From: a bacterium
GTDB lineage: Bacteria > Eisenbacteria > RBG-16-71-46 > CAIMUX01
Assembly (NCBI GenBank): GCA_030431975.1
Contig: JAUIHP010000001.1
Coordinates: forward strand, 331,597 to 395,596
Length of the DNA: 64,000 nucleotides
Direction of reading: 5' to 3'
Positions within the stretch are counted from its first letter, which is position 1. Each line of letters opens with the position of its first letter. Made by a program: the position numbers and the translations under genes. The notes below the pieces were generated by a model. That model did not search any database and was not told the origin of the DNA. It saw only the letters and a list, made by a program, of their open reading frames with translations. This document shows positions 18,988 through 28,412 of the stretch, piece by piece.

Positions 18988-19398
18988 ATGACCGCACATA
19001 CTCGTATTCAGACCATTGTTGGCCATACACTCGCTTCTGTCTGCCTGCTCACCCTGAGCAGCGCCTGCTCAAAAGAAGAGCCCTCGGCACCGTCGGGCGA
19101 CCGAAACCTGCCGCCGGTAGTTGAAAGCATCCCGGACTTCTCGCTGTCGGTCGGCGACACCCTTTCATTCCTGACCGTGGCTTCGGATCCGGAAGGAAAG
19201 CCGCTCACGTATCGTCTGGTCGTCGCCCATAGCCCCGGCTCCGGATCGGCTCGCGCTTCGGTGGATCCGGATTCCGGGGAGTTCATTTTCGTCGCTCAGA
19301 AGACGGATAGGCCGTTCCGTTGGGTCGGCATCTTTGTTGCGGATCCCGAAGGAGAGGAGAGTTATGCGGACTTCTATGTCGCCGTGGACCATCCGTAG
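18988..19398 (+). CDS. lipoprotein with cadherin-like/putative Ig domain
   Basis: 'MTAHTRIQTIVGHTLASVCLLTLSSACS' lipobox; 'PPVVESIPDFSLSVGDTLSFLTVASDPEGKPLTYRLV' Ig-like pattern. Confidence 0.5.
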   Translation: MTAHTRIQTIVGHTLASVCLLTLSSACSKEEPSAPSGDRNLPPVVESIPDFSLSVGDTLSFLTVASDPEGKPLTYRLVVAHSPGSGSARASVDPDSGEFIFVAQKTDRPFRWVGIFVADPEGEESYADFYVAVDHP

Positions 19399-19399
19399 G

Positions 19400-20002
19400 A
19401 TGGAGGCTCGCGGTATCCGTGTCGTGCTTCTTGGCCTTCTCGCCGCTTTCGTAGTGACCTCGGCGCCGCTTGCGCAGGGCCGGGTTACAGTCGTCGGCGA
19501 GATCATAAACTCCGACATCCCGGGAAGCGGCTGCACCACTCTGATGCGCAGTTACTCCGGACCCTCCCCGACCGTGCTCGGCATCCACGGAGAGGTCCCG
19601 GAACACCTCCTCACCACCTGGGTCCGCGTCACTGGATTGTTGCGCGAGGCGGATACCTGCTCACCGTGGGCGGAGGCCAGTCTTGACGACGTCACGGTGA
19701 CCGAGGCTCCGTCTATGGACTTCGGGGTCGGGAAGCTCTGGGTGGATATGTACGACGGTTGCCACTCTTGGAGGTCGGAGCGATTCGGCGGGTACGTGAT
19801 CTACAGTGATCAGATTCCGAGTTCGTTGGACGAAGGGGATCAGTACCGGGTGGTGGGTCGGATCCTTTCGGTTTCGGGGCTTTGCGGCGCCAATACTCTG
19901 GGGCTTCTGGCCGACTCGATCGAGTTGGTCACATCACCGACTTTGGAAACGTCCTGGGGCGAGATCAAACGGCGCTACCGGGGAGTCGACGAGCCTCACT
20001 AA
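19400..20002 (+). CDS. secreted hypothetical protein ending in SWGEIKRRYR motif
   Basis: 'MEARGIRVVLLGLLAAFVVTSAPLAQG' signal; 4 Cys; C-terminal 'TLETSWGEIKRRYRGVDEPH'. Confidence 0.5.
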   Translation: MEARGIRVVLLGLLAAFVVTSAPLAQGRVTVVGEIINSDIPGSGCTTLMRSYSGPSPTVLGIHGEVPEHLLTTWVRVTGLLREADTCSPWAEASLDDVTVTEAPSMDFGVGKLWVDMYDGCHSWRSERFGGYVIYSDQIPSSLDEGDQYRVVGRILSVSGLCGANTLGLLADSIELVTSPTLETSWGEIKRRYRGVDEPH

Positions 20003-20059
20003 AGACGCCGCCGGAAACCCAAACGGAGGAAGGGTCCCGACGGCTATCGGTAGGGATTG

Positions 20060-20077
20060 GTGTCGCGTCCGCGACAC
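20060..20077. terminator. bidirectional stem-loop between convergent genes
   Basis: Perfect inverted repeat GTGTCGCG-tcc-CGCGACAC between stop 20002 (+) and stop 20083 (-). Confidence 0.5.
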
Positions 20078-20082
20078 GGAAC

Positions 20083-21471
20083 TCAGTTTCGCAGGAGCTC
20101 TTCCGGACGGAACTGCCGAGGCGAACTCTGCAGCTTCTCCCATCCGTACTTGTTCCCATTCTCGAGAATGAGATGAAGCTCCTCTTCGAAGAAGAAGTGT
20201 TCCTCTCCGAAGGCCGGGCGCAAGTGGTTGAGCCACGTTGCTTCCGGATCGAACTTGGCAAAGAAGGGACGCTTCACCCAGTCCGGATTCCGACCCTGCA
20301 GGAAGCTGAGGACGTACACCATCTCACCGTTGATCTCGGTGACTCCGTCGACCTGGACTTTGCCGGGTAGCGCCGACATCGACGGCCCACGGACCGTGCG
20401 CGCAAGTCCGGAGACCTGCTGGATGGCCTTCTTGTAGATCTCGAGCGCCCGCCACAACGGAATCTCGAAGTAGCCTTTCGCGCCAGTGTCCCGCTCGACA
20501 AACATGTAGTAGGGAATGGCGCCGAGTTCGACCTGCTTCTGCCACATCCGCGCCCAGACATCGGGATCGTCGTTGATGTGACGGAGGACCGGGGACTGGC
20601 AACGGTACTGCGCGCCGGTCTGACGAATCCGTTGGATCGCCTCGGCCGCGACTTCCGTTTCGAGTTCTACGTAGTGGGAGTGGTGTCCCATGATCGACAA
20701 GTGCTTTCCGGCTTCGGTGACTCGACGGAAGAGCGCAAGCACTTCCTCGGAGTCCTTGTCAGTGACGAATCGGTACGGCCAGTAGGCGACGGACTTCGTC
20801 CCGATGCGGATCGTCTTGATGTGATCGAACTCCGGCTCGAGCAATGGCTCGAGGTATTCCTTCAGGTTCTTCACGCTCATGATCATCGGATCCCCACCGG
20901 TCACGAGGACGTCGGTGATCTCCGGATGCATGGCCAGATACTTCTGAAAGCGCATCGATTCGTCGGTCGCGAACTTGAGCCCGTCGATTCCCACGAACTG
21001 AGCCCAGCGGAAACAGAAGGTGCAGTAGGCGTGACAGGTCTGACCGCTCGACGGAAACACGAGCGCGGTCTCTCGATACTTGTGCTGCAGACCTTCGACG
21101 ACGTCATCGTCAAGTCTGGGAACGTTGGCCGTCATCTGGCCCGCGGGATGAGGATTCAGCGCCATCCGGATGCGGTTGGCTTCCTCGGCAATGACTTCAC
21201 GGTCGGCGCCGGATTGCATGACGGCGGCCATCTGCTCGTACAGTTCCGGGGGGAGCATGTCCCGCTGTGGGAACGTAAGCTGGAACATCGGGTCGTTCGG
21301 AACCTGGTCCCAGTCAATGAGTTCGTCAGTAACGTAGTTGTTGGTGCGGAACGGGAGCACATTCCCGACAACCTTCATCTCGAAGATCATCTCTTGGCTC
21401 AACCGCTCGAGCTGCGGAATCTTCTCGAGAGTGTTGATGTTGAAGAACCGCATCTTCCGTGGTTCGATCAT
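20083..21471 (-). CDS. KamA-family radical SAM protein (lysine-2,3-aminomutase-like)
   Basis: 'CHAYCTFCFR' CxxxCxxC cluster in KamA position, 'VLVTGGDP', long KamA-type C-terminal region; ATG 21471 with GGAGG SD. Confidence 0.8.
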   Translation of the reverse strand: MIEPRKMRFFNINTLEKIPQLERLSQEMIFEMKVVGNVLPFRTNNYVTDELIDWDQVPNDPMFQLTFPQRDMLPPELYEQMAAVMQSGADREVIAEEANRIRMALNPHPAGQMTANVPRLDDDVVEGLQHKYRETALVFPSSGQTCHAYCTFCFRWAQFVGIDGLKFATDESMRFQKYLAMHPEITDVLVTGGDPMIMSVKNLKEYLEPLLEPEFDHIKTIRIGTKSVAYWPYRFVTDKDSEEVLALFRRVTEAGKHLSIMGHHSHYVELETEVAAEAIQRIRQTGAQYRCQSPVLRHINDDPDVWARMWQKQVELGAIPYYMFVERDTGAKGYFEIPLWRALEIYKKAIQQVSGLARTVRGPSMSALPGKVQVDGVTEINGEMVYVLSFLQGRNPDWVKRPFFAKFDPEATWLNHLRPAFGEEHFFFEEELHLILENGNKYGWEKLQSSPRQFRPEELLRN

Positions 21472-21696
21472 TTTCTTTCCTCCGTTTTCGGGGCTCGGGG
21501 ACCCACCGATCAAGCGGGCTGGAGACGTCCCTTCATCTCCCACGAACCCTCGTACTCAACTTTGTCGTGATCGCTGCCTTTCCTGCCGCTTTCGCGGTGG
21601 CGAGTGCGAATCGCCTCGAGATGGTCTGCGGCAAGGGATCGCACCCAGGGGCTGCCCGGTCCCTCGCTCATTCTTTGGTTTCAAAGCTGCTACATC

Positions 21697-22635
21697 TCAG
21701 TTCTGCCAAATGGCATTCGACGGAACAACGACGTTGGTTTCGACGCCCTGTCCGCGGAACGCGTAGTGAAGCTCCAGATTCGAAGGCACTGGAACACCGA
21801 GTTCCCCGGCCGTAAAGTAACCGGAACTCCTCGCGGCCCGAAGAGCTGCCTGATCCAGCTCTTCATTGCCACAAGACTTCAAAAGCTTCAGCTCAAAGAG
21901 CTGGCCGCGCTCTCCGGCGCGAACATGCACGACGACGTCGTGATTCAGATCGTTGCCGGCGAGGCTGGTCGGAATACGCGGCGTGGCCTCCCGAACGGCC
22001 CGAGCGTCGGTCCGCGGCAGGCGTGGATGCTTTCCGGACTCAACCTCTTCGATGAAACGGGCGGTGGCCTTTTCCCGCGCCTCTTCCGAGCGGGCCATGA
22101 TGAACAACTCCGCCAGGTCCGCCTCGACTTCGCGCGTTTGCTCCCGTTCCTGTTCTCCGGCGATTCTGATCTGGTCCGTAATCTCGAAAGTGAAGACAGG
22201 CGGTTTGGGGCACGTCGGCCCTTTGCAGTAGTCGGTGGTCAGTTCCTGACCGTCGCGCAGGACGAGCAGCCGCATCCGAGGGATATAGAACTCGACCCCG
22301 ATCCAAGGAACCCAAAGCTCATTGCCGTTCGAATCAAACGCTTGGAGTCCATCCGGCCGGTAGATGTCACATTCCTCGGGAAGCACAACCCAGGAAGTTT
22401 CGGCGGGGCGGGTGCGGTAGTCGATAAATCCGATGAGCCAGGAAAGCTCGTCCGCAACATAGGCGGCGCCGCATTCATTGCAGTCCAAGCCGGCGTTCCC
22501 GGCGGCCCGTTCGGTTTGAACGTAACAATCCGGACAAACCCATGTCTCGGCCTGAACCGATCCGAAACCGACGAGCAAGAAGATGCCAACCCAAAGCCAG
22601 GCGCGCCCGTTCGGGAGCACACGCAGTGCGGTCAC
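21697..22635 (-). CDS. periplasmic protein with TonB C-terminal-like domain
   Basis: GTG 22635 six nt after AAGGAGGG; signal 'MTALRVLPNGRAWLWVGIFLLVGFGSVQA'; C-terminus 'VVVHVRAGERGQLFELKLLKSCGNEELDQAALRAARSSGYFTAGELGVPVPSNLELHYAF' matches TonB_C pattern. Confidence 0.55.
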   Translation of the reverse strand: MTALRVLPNGRAWLWVGIFLLVGFGSVQAETWVCPDCYVQTERAAGNAGLDCNECGAAYVADELSWLIGFIDYRTRPAETSWVVLPEECDIYRPDGLQAFDSNGNELWVPWIGVEFYIPRMRLLVLRDGQELTTDYCKGPTCPKPPVFTFEITDQIRIAGEQEREQTREVEADLAELFIMARSEEAREKATARFIEEVESGKHPRLPRTDARAVREATPRIPTSLAGNDLNHDVVVHVRAGERGQLFELKLLKSCGNEELDQAALRAARSSGYFTAGELGVPVPSNLELHYAFRGQGVETNVVVPSNAIWQN

Positions 22636-22924
22636 GAAGTCCCTCCTTCGCAATGTTTGTCCGTGAGTGACGGGCTCGGCGCACTCCGCTGATTCGGGAG
22701 TGCGAAGGCGAGTCAAAGGGATGCCTTGAGGCCCTCTTCACGAAACCCCGGCTGCCGTCGCGGCAGCATGTCCTGGGGAGCCGGCGCATGCCGGACTCCT
22801 TTTATTGTACACCGCGGATTGCGCTTTTGTCCGCCGCGAACCTGAGTTTCAGGGAGCCTCCCCACCACGACTAACACTTTGGGAATCAAGCGCTTACGTC
22901 TAGATATGCTGGATTCTGGCCGGT

Positions 22925-23345
22925 TTAGCGAATCAGAAATGACTCGGCTGGACTCTGGGCCCGAACGGAGTTGTCAGACGAGGACCGGAGCTCGACCTGC
23001 CAGAAGTATTTCCCCGGCTCGGTCGTGGGTGGAAGCTCGATCCAAGCTTGGTGGCCGTCAACCGTGGACTTTCCGTAAACCGCTCCCAGAGAGTCTGTTA
23101 CGGTGACCTGATACCGGACTTGGCCGGGGCTGGTGAGCCGGGCCGCCGTCAGGGAGTCGGCGTCCCAACGGAACCCGATCTTGGGAAGAACGAGAACATC
23201 GCCGCTGGCAGGTTCTAGGTTCGTGAAGACCTGGGTCGCCTCGAGGGAGGCGGGCTCTCCGCCGGCAACCGGTCTCGATTCCCCGCCGGTGTCCGCCTCA
23301 CCCTTATCGCCACCGCCACAGCCACCGAGAGCCAGGACAGCGACG
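22925..23345 (-). CDS. lipoprotein-like ORF with no canonical in-frame start codon (possible pseudogene or non-canonical start)
   Basis: Minus-strand frame reads '...RNRAFWACAFCTCVAVLALGGCGGGDKGEADTGG...YQVTVTDSLGAVYGKSTVDGHQAWIELPPTTEPGKYFWQVELRSS...FLIR*' (signal/lipobox + Ig/FN3-like body) but no ATG/GTG/TTG in frame back to stop at 23579-81; not in the supplied ORF track. Confidence 0.3.
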
Positions 23346-23361
23346 CAGGTGCAAAAGGCGC

Positions 23362-23490
23362 AGGCCCAAAAGGCACGGTTCCGGAAGGTGTCGGTCCGGA
23401 AGCCGCAGGCCCGGAGGGTGCGGGCCCAGAAACCGCAGGCCCGGGAAGCGCGGGCCCGGAAGGCGGGGCTCCGGAACTTGGGGATCCGGC
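23362..23490. repeat. 15-bp tandem repeat (~8.5 copies), consensus GGCCCGGAAGNNGCR
   Basis: ggcccaaaaggcacg/gttccggaaggtgtc/ggtccggaagccgca/ggcccggagggtgcg/ggcccagaaaccgca/ggcccgggaagcgcg/ggcccggaaggcggg/gctccggaacttggg. Confidence 0.85.
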
Positions 23491-23585
23491 GTCGGAGTGG
23501 ATAATCGGTTCGGGAGCTGATGGCGCGGTCTCCGGTTTTGCGTTCGAAACGGCAAACTAGGGGCGGAGAAGCGGCCTGTCAACGC

Positions 23586-24620
23586 TCAGGCGACCGCAAG
23601 GAAGTCGCGTCCCTCCCGCCAGCCTCGTCGCCGGAGCTCGGCACGGATCAGATCCCGGGCACCGGCTACGCCCACCGCGGCCAGAACCATCGGATGCGGA
23701 CCCGACGCCGGGCCGTCAGGGGACCCCACTTCTTCCAACCAGGACGACGCTTCGACGATGGGAGTGTCATGGGCGCGCCGACCGATCTTCTTCGGATCGA
23801 TATCGAGAAAGAGACGAACACGCGCCCCTTCGGCAAGAAAGGCCCGGGCGAAACGGCGGCCGTCCTTCCCCGCACCCCAGATGACGGTCTCTCTGTCTCC
23901 GAGATACCTCTTCAAGTGATGAACGCGGCAGGCCAGGAATCGTTCCGCTTCGTACTCCGGAAGAGTTCGCGACGCCCGACCGGGATCGTCGACCCATCGG
24001 TACAGGGGTTCGTCCACTTTGACCATCGAAACGCCGTGCCGTCTCAGTCGCAACCAAAGGTCGTAGTCCTCAGGCCACCCGCGATCCCGATAGCCTCCGA
24101 CTGCTTCAAAACAATGCCGCCTCAGAACGACCGTGGGGTGAGGGAGCGGCGATTCGACCCAGAGCCCGTTTGCGATCTCGTCCGGCTGAACACAACTGGA
24201 GACCCACTCGGCGTAGCGGCGTCCGCCGTCCGTCAGCGGTGATCCGTCGTGTTCGACTTGGCAGCTGACCAAACCAAGATCTGGGTCACGCTCGAGTCGG
24301 GCGAGCTGTTTCTCGAGACGCGTCGGCATGGAAACGTCGTCAGCGTCCTGTCTCGCGAGTAGATGGGTACGAGCCATAGCTGCGGCTTGGTTGAGAGCGG
24401 TCACGATTCCCAGCGGCTTCTGAGTGCACCCGCGAAACCTTCGGTCCGCCTCTTCGAAACGGCGAATGATGTCCGGCGTCTCGTCGGTCGAACCGTCGTC
24501 GACAATGCAGCATTCGAAGTCGGGGCGGGTTTGTGCCTGAAGCGATTGCAGCGCGGCGGTCAGAGTCTGGGCCCCGTTCCGAACGGGAAGGAGAATCGAG
24601 ACCGTGGGAGTCGGGCTCAC
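23586..24620 (-). CDS. glycosyltransferase family 2 with C-terminal extension
   Basis: 'SILLPVRNGAQTL...CCIVDDGSTDET', 'DADD' and 'WPEDYDLWLRL' GT2-A motifs. Confidence 0.8.
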   Translation of the reverse strand: MSPTPTVSILLPVRNGAQTLTAALQSLQAQTRPDFECCIVDDGSTDETPDIIRRFEEADRRFRGCTQKPLGIVTALNQAAAMARTHLLARQDADDVSMPTRLEKQLARLERDPDLGLVSCQVEHDGSPLTDGGRRYAEWVSSCVQPDEIANGLWVESPLPHPTVVLRRHCFEAVGGYRDRGWPEDYDLWLRLRRHGVSMVKVDEPLYRWVDDPGRASRTLPEYEAERFLACRVHHLKRYLGDRETVIWGAGKDGRRFARAFLAEGARVRLFLDIDPKKIGRRAHDTPIVEASSWLEEVGSPDGPASGPHPMVLAAVGVAGARDLIRAELRRRGWREGRDFLAVA

Positions 24621-24624
24621 CCGA

Positions 24625-26298
24625 TCACCGGGTCCCGGTTTGCGCGCCCAGCTGCTCCGGGACGGCGATATGTGGTTGTCGGGACTCGAAACTTGCCTTC
24701 AGTCTTTCGGCCTCCGTCTCTGCCAACGTGCCTTTCCCGCCGAAGACCGCTTGCGCAAGCTTCCTCGCAACGGGCAGCACCTGTTCCGGATCCTGTGCTC
24801 CGTCCATCCGACGGAGGACAAGGTCGTCGAGGTGTCTCGCGCCTTCTTCCGCCGCGATCTGCCGAAGATTGAGCGCGGCCGACGCTGGAGCCCGTTCCAG
24901 CTGCTCGACAAAGATTGCGAAACTCATCGGTCCGCGGGACGCAGGGCGTTTGCCGGATCCCAATGAACGCTTTCCCAAAACACGGTCACAGGTTGTGCGC
25001 GCAACTTCCGGAGCGGTCGTGTACTTGAGTCCGACGGAGGCGTAGAGCCCTTCGAGTTGTTTCACTTCGACCCAGACGTCGCGGTGCGGCATCTCCGGAT
25101 CGCTTTCGGATCGGCTGAGCAGTCGCCCGGCAGTCAGGCCAAGCCGGCGGCGCTGGTCCAACTGAAGACTGGGAACAAAACGCGAGACCGATTGAAGGAA
25201 GCGGTCCACGGAGTCCTGGGAAACAGGGGGCACGCCGGAGCACTCTATTGCCGCGTCCTTTGAAGAAGTGCTCCCACCGGTGGCTGCTGTTGCCGAGCCC
25301 TTTGAAGGCAAGCTCTCCCTTTCGATCTCGTGCACCGTGCCGACATGGGTCACGCCGTTTGCGCTCCACATGAATGCGTTCTGTCCATCACGCGCGGGCA
25401 GCGCGATTCCGTTCTCCCCGAAAATGTCTCCTTCGATGACGACGTTGTAGGCGCGCGAGGTGGGTAGAGACGGCAAGGCTTCGCCGAGTCCCCAGGCGGA
25501 GAGAAGTCGGGACGTTGCGGGCCCGGTTGTCATGACGACGCGCCGCCCTGACACCTGGTACTCCTGATCTGTCGGCGCATCACCGGCCGACGCATCACGA
25601 GTCGACGCATCACCAATCGACGCATCACCCGCCGACTCATCATCGGAGAGCGATCTAACACGAACTCCCTTCAGGTTTCCGGACGAGACCCAAGGTCCCT
25701 CGACGCTGGCGTAGTTGCAAACGTCGGCGCCACACGAAACCGCCCAGCGGAGCATTTCGATATGCAACCGTTGCTGCGAGGGCAACCAACCGTCATGCCA
25801 GGCGGCGGCGCCAACCCATCCGGATAGGAAAGGGCACTCTCGCTGCAGATCCGATTGGGAAAGAAGGCGTCCTCCTCCCAAGAGAGAGCGATGAGGACCG
25901 GCATCCCCGTTGAGCCGTCTTCCGAACTGACGATCCAGGAGAAACGCAGACCGAAAGACGAACGGCCGGCGTAGTCCTTTACCGTCCAAGGGCAGAAGAA
26001 AACGTCGTGTGCCCGTCAGTTCGGGAAAGTGCCCGAGGAACCAGGCGCGCGCACGAACGGATTCGCGGAACCGCTCCAGGTCGAACGACTGGAGATAGCG
26101 CAAACCGCCATGCAGAATGCGCAGGCTGTTGGACGAAGTCTCGGCGCCGAAGTCTCCCCGTTCGAGCAGCAGCACGGAATGGCCGCGTCGCGCCGCCTCA
26201 AGAGTCAGGCAGATGCCATGAATTCCGCCGCCCACGACGATGAGGTCGTACTGTTGCGCGACCGCCTCGTCAACGTTGCGCAGGAAGCGGCCGTTCAC
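24625..26298 (-). CDS. FAD-dependent oxidoreductase (GlpA/GlpD-like DAO family)
   Basis: Rossmann 'YDLIVVGGGIHG', 'LRILHGGLRYL' as in glycerol-3-phosphate dehydrogenase family; 557 aa with Ser/Asp/Ala-rich insert. Confidence 0.7.
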   Translation of the reverse strand: MNGRFLRNVDEAVAQQYDLIVVGGGIHGICLTLEAARRGHSVLLLERGDFGAETSSNSLRILHGGLRYLQSFDLERFRESVRARAWFLGHFPELTGTRRFLLPLDGKGLRRPFVFRSAFLLDRQFGRRLNGDAGPHRSLLGGGRLLSQSDLQRECPFLSGWVGAAAWHDGWLPSQQRLHIEMLRWAVSCGADVCNYASVEGPWVSSGNLKGVRVRSLSDDESAGDASIGDASTRDASAGDAPTDQEYQVSGRRVVMTTGPATSRLLSAWGLGEALPSLPTSRAYNVVIEGDIFGENGIALPARDGQNAFMWSANGVTHVGTVHEIERESLPSKGSATAATGGSTSSKDAAIECSGVPPVSQDSVDRFLQSVSRFVPSLQLDQRRRLGLTAGRLLSRSESDPEMPHRDVWVEVKQLEGLYASVGLKYTTAPEVARTTCDRVLGKRSLGSGKRPASRGPMSFAIFVEQLERAPASAALNLRQIAAEEGARHLDDLVLRRMDGAQDPEQVLPVARKLAQAVFGGKGTLAETEAERLKASFESRQPHIAVPEQLGAQTGTR

Positions 26299-27281
26299 GG
26301 TTTCTTTCCGAGTCGAAGATCGACCTGGTCGCGCGCGAAGTCGGCCCAGTTCGTTCGTTGTCCGAACACTTCTAGTTCCTTGGGCTGAGACTCTTCGTCT
26401 TCTGGCCCCGCGGCGGAATCACCCGACTGCAACTGACGGAGTTGCTGCACGAGGTCGGCGCCCGGCGCATCCCAGTTGGCGGGCGACTGCAAATAGAATC
26501 CGTAGCGGCCGGCACGCATCTCCCGACCGGGAAGCGGAAGCGGATCGCTGCCGGGCAGAAAAAGCAGCCCGAAACGGCGGGCAACTTCACGCGGCTCCAG
26601 CCCCGGCAACCCAGCGGCACGCCCGAAATTGTCCCCAATCGCCACAGGCGGACGGCTTCGGTCTTCGAGCAGAGTTTGCAGGACACGACCGCGTCGGCCC
26701 CACCACTTTCCGAAGGCCCAGGGCAAGACGGCGACTGCGTTGTGTTCATGAATCTCACGCACGGTGTCGATGAGACTACGCCCATCCGCGGGACGATGCG
26801 TGGAGAAGAGCGAAAGGACCTCTAGCCCTTCGGCAGAGACGGTTTGAAAACCGGAGGAGACGAGGATTGCCTCGCCCGACGAAACGGCTTCGGTTCGCTC
26901 CTTCACGGCCCCCGAATCAGCAAGGGATTCCGCTTCGGTCGCGCCGCCGCGACACAAAAGGAGCGAACCACGCTCGGCCAGCGGCACTGCCGACCAGCCA
27001 GGAATCTGCCGTGCACCCGACCGCAGTTCCTCGAAACACGAATGGCGCGCGTCTTCGGTTAGACAGAGCCCGAATCCGGGCTCCCCATTCGAGCCGGCAC
27101 GAAACGCGGGCGAACGTCTCACCGCCTCCAGCAGCTTGCCGAGATCGTGATGTCGGTAGAAGTGGACGTGCCCGTCGATGGGAAACCGCGAAGTCTTCGT
27201 CCCTCGGAACTCACTCGGCCTGGAAGACCCGGAGGCCTTTGACCCTTGAAACTCACTCGGCCTGGAAAACGGGGAAGTCAT
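26295..27281 (-). CDS. hypothetical protein (possible metal-dependent hydrolase; 'IDGHVHFY' motif)
   Basis: ATGA overlap with the upstream GT2 stop (27278-27281) suggests coupling; N-terminal ~30-bp triplicated DNA repeat gives 'SRPSEFQGSKASGS/SRPSEFRGTKTS'. Confidence 0.45.
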   Translation of the reverse strand: MTSPFSRPSEFQGSKASGSSRPSEFRGTKTSRFPIDGHVHFYRHHDLGKLLEAVRRSPAFRAGSNGEPGFGLCLTEDARHSCFEELRSGARQIPGWSAVPLAERGSLLLCRGGATEAESLADSGAVKERTEAVSSGEAILVSSGFQTVSAEGLEVLSLFSTHRPADGRSLIDTVREIHEHNAVAVLPWAFGKWWGRRGRVLQTLLEDRSRPPVAIGDNFGRAAGLPGLEPREVARRFGLLFLPGSDPLPLPGREMRAGRYGFYLQSPANWDAPGADLVQQLRQLQSGDSAAGPEDEESQPKELEVFGQRTNWADFARDQVDLRLGKKP

Positions 27282-28342
27282 CGTCCCTCGAAGCTCAACT
27301 GGCCGAGGATTCGACGAGGCCTTCCTCCCCGGATGAAGACGTCGCGATCTTCTCCGCCCTGCGTGACCGTCGCCATCATCCGCGCCGTCGTTCGATCACG
27401 GCTGGGGGCAAGGAAGCGAATCCGTTCCGCAAAGAGACCGTAGCCGATGATGGAAACAGCCGTCTGGGAAAACAGCACGGCGCTGGCCACCGGAACGAGC
27501 AGGGGACCGGTGAAGTTTCCGACCAGGATGTGCCCAACCCAGATCAACGAGATCGCTGCAAGTCCGACGAAGGGAATGGCGAAGAGCAGGAACCAGATGA
27601 AAAGCTTGTGCGAATAGCGCGTCACCATGAAGAGCGTGGTGAGGTCGGCAAGCACCCGCAGAACTCGGCCGAGTCCATACTTCGACTCGCCGTAGATGCG
27701 CGCCCTATGGTGTGTCTCCACTTCGGCGACACGGGCTCCACCCATTTGCGCCAGCGGGACGATGAACCGATGAAACTCTGAGTACAACGAGACCGAACGA
27801 AGCACCTCGCCCCGGTAGGCTTTGAGAGCGCAACCATTGTCATGAATGGTCAGGCCGGTCAGCTGCCGCGAGATCCAGTTGGCAACCACCGAAGGGAAAC
27901 GTCGCGACACGAGCTTGTCCTGTCGGTTGCGTCGCCAACCGGAAACGATCTCGTAACCTTCGTCGAGTTTGGCCAGCAGCTTCGGAATGTCTGCCGGATC
28001 GTTTTGAAGGTCGCCGTCCAATGTGACGACGACGTCGCCGCAGCAGACATCGAACCCGGCCATGAGAGCCGCAGTTTGTCCACGATTGACGCTCAGCCGG
28101 ACACCGACCAGTCGCTCGTACCGATCCTGAAGCGAACGCAGCTTGTTCCACGTGTCGTCGGCCGACCCATCATCGACGATGATGATCTCCGTCTCCTCCT
28201 CCATCAAGGAGAGGACTTTGTCGATCTGCTCGACCAGTTCCGGAACCGACTCGACTTCGTTGTAGACGGGAACGACGACGGAGACGGAAACCTCCTCGCC
28301 TCCCTGCGGAACGCAAAGCGTCTGTCGTCGGTTGGACAGCAT
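27278..28342 (-). CDS. GT2 polyprenyl-phosphate glycosyltransferase (ArnC/GtrB/DPM1-like) with two C-terminal TM helices
   Basis: 'VSVVVPVYNE', 'IIVDDGSADDT', 'DGDLQNDP', 'GCALKAYR' motifs; C-terminal TM pair; start ATG 28342 'MLSNRRQTL'. Confidence 0.8.
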   Translation of the reverse strand: MLSNRRQTLCVPQGGEEVSVSVVVPVYNEVESVPELVEQIDKVLSLMEEETEIIIVDDGSADDTWNKLRSLQDRYERLVGVRLSVNRGQTAALMAGFDVCCGDVVVTLDGDLQNDPADIPKLLAKLDEGYEIVSGWRRNRQDKLVSRRFPSVVANWISRQLTGLTIHDNGCALKAYRGEVLRSVSLYSEFHRFIVPLAQMGGARVAEVETHHRARIYGESKYGLGRVLRVLADLTTLFMVTRYSHKLFIWFLLFAIPFVGLAAISLIWVGHILVGNFTGPLLVPVASAVLFSQTAVSIIGYGLFAERIRFLAPSRDRTTARMMATVTQGGEDRDVFIRGGRPRRILGQLSFEGR

Positions 28343-28412
28343 CACTCGCAAGTCCCTCTTCCGACCGTGGAGATTCGAAGGGCGTAGCACGCGTTCGTCC
28401 TTCGCTCGGTCG

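Noticed and set aside
22475-22789. ORF with an excellent AAAAGGAG SD 7 nt before ATG 22789 (minus strand)
   Set aside because: The product is Arg-rich low-complexity and out of frame with the TonB-C protein, whose own GTG start (22635) also has a strong AAGGAGGG SD. It is most likely a fortuitous SD in the upstream region.
23362-23490. Plus-strand translation of the 15-bp repeat gives GPKGTVPEGVGPEAAGPEGAGPETAGPGSAGPEGG, considered as a collagen-like protein
   Set aside because: There is no regular Gly-X-Y triplet periodicity and no start codon or signal peptide. It is a repeat-translation artefact.
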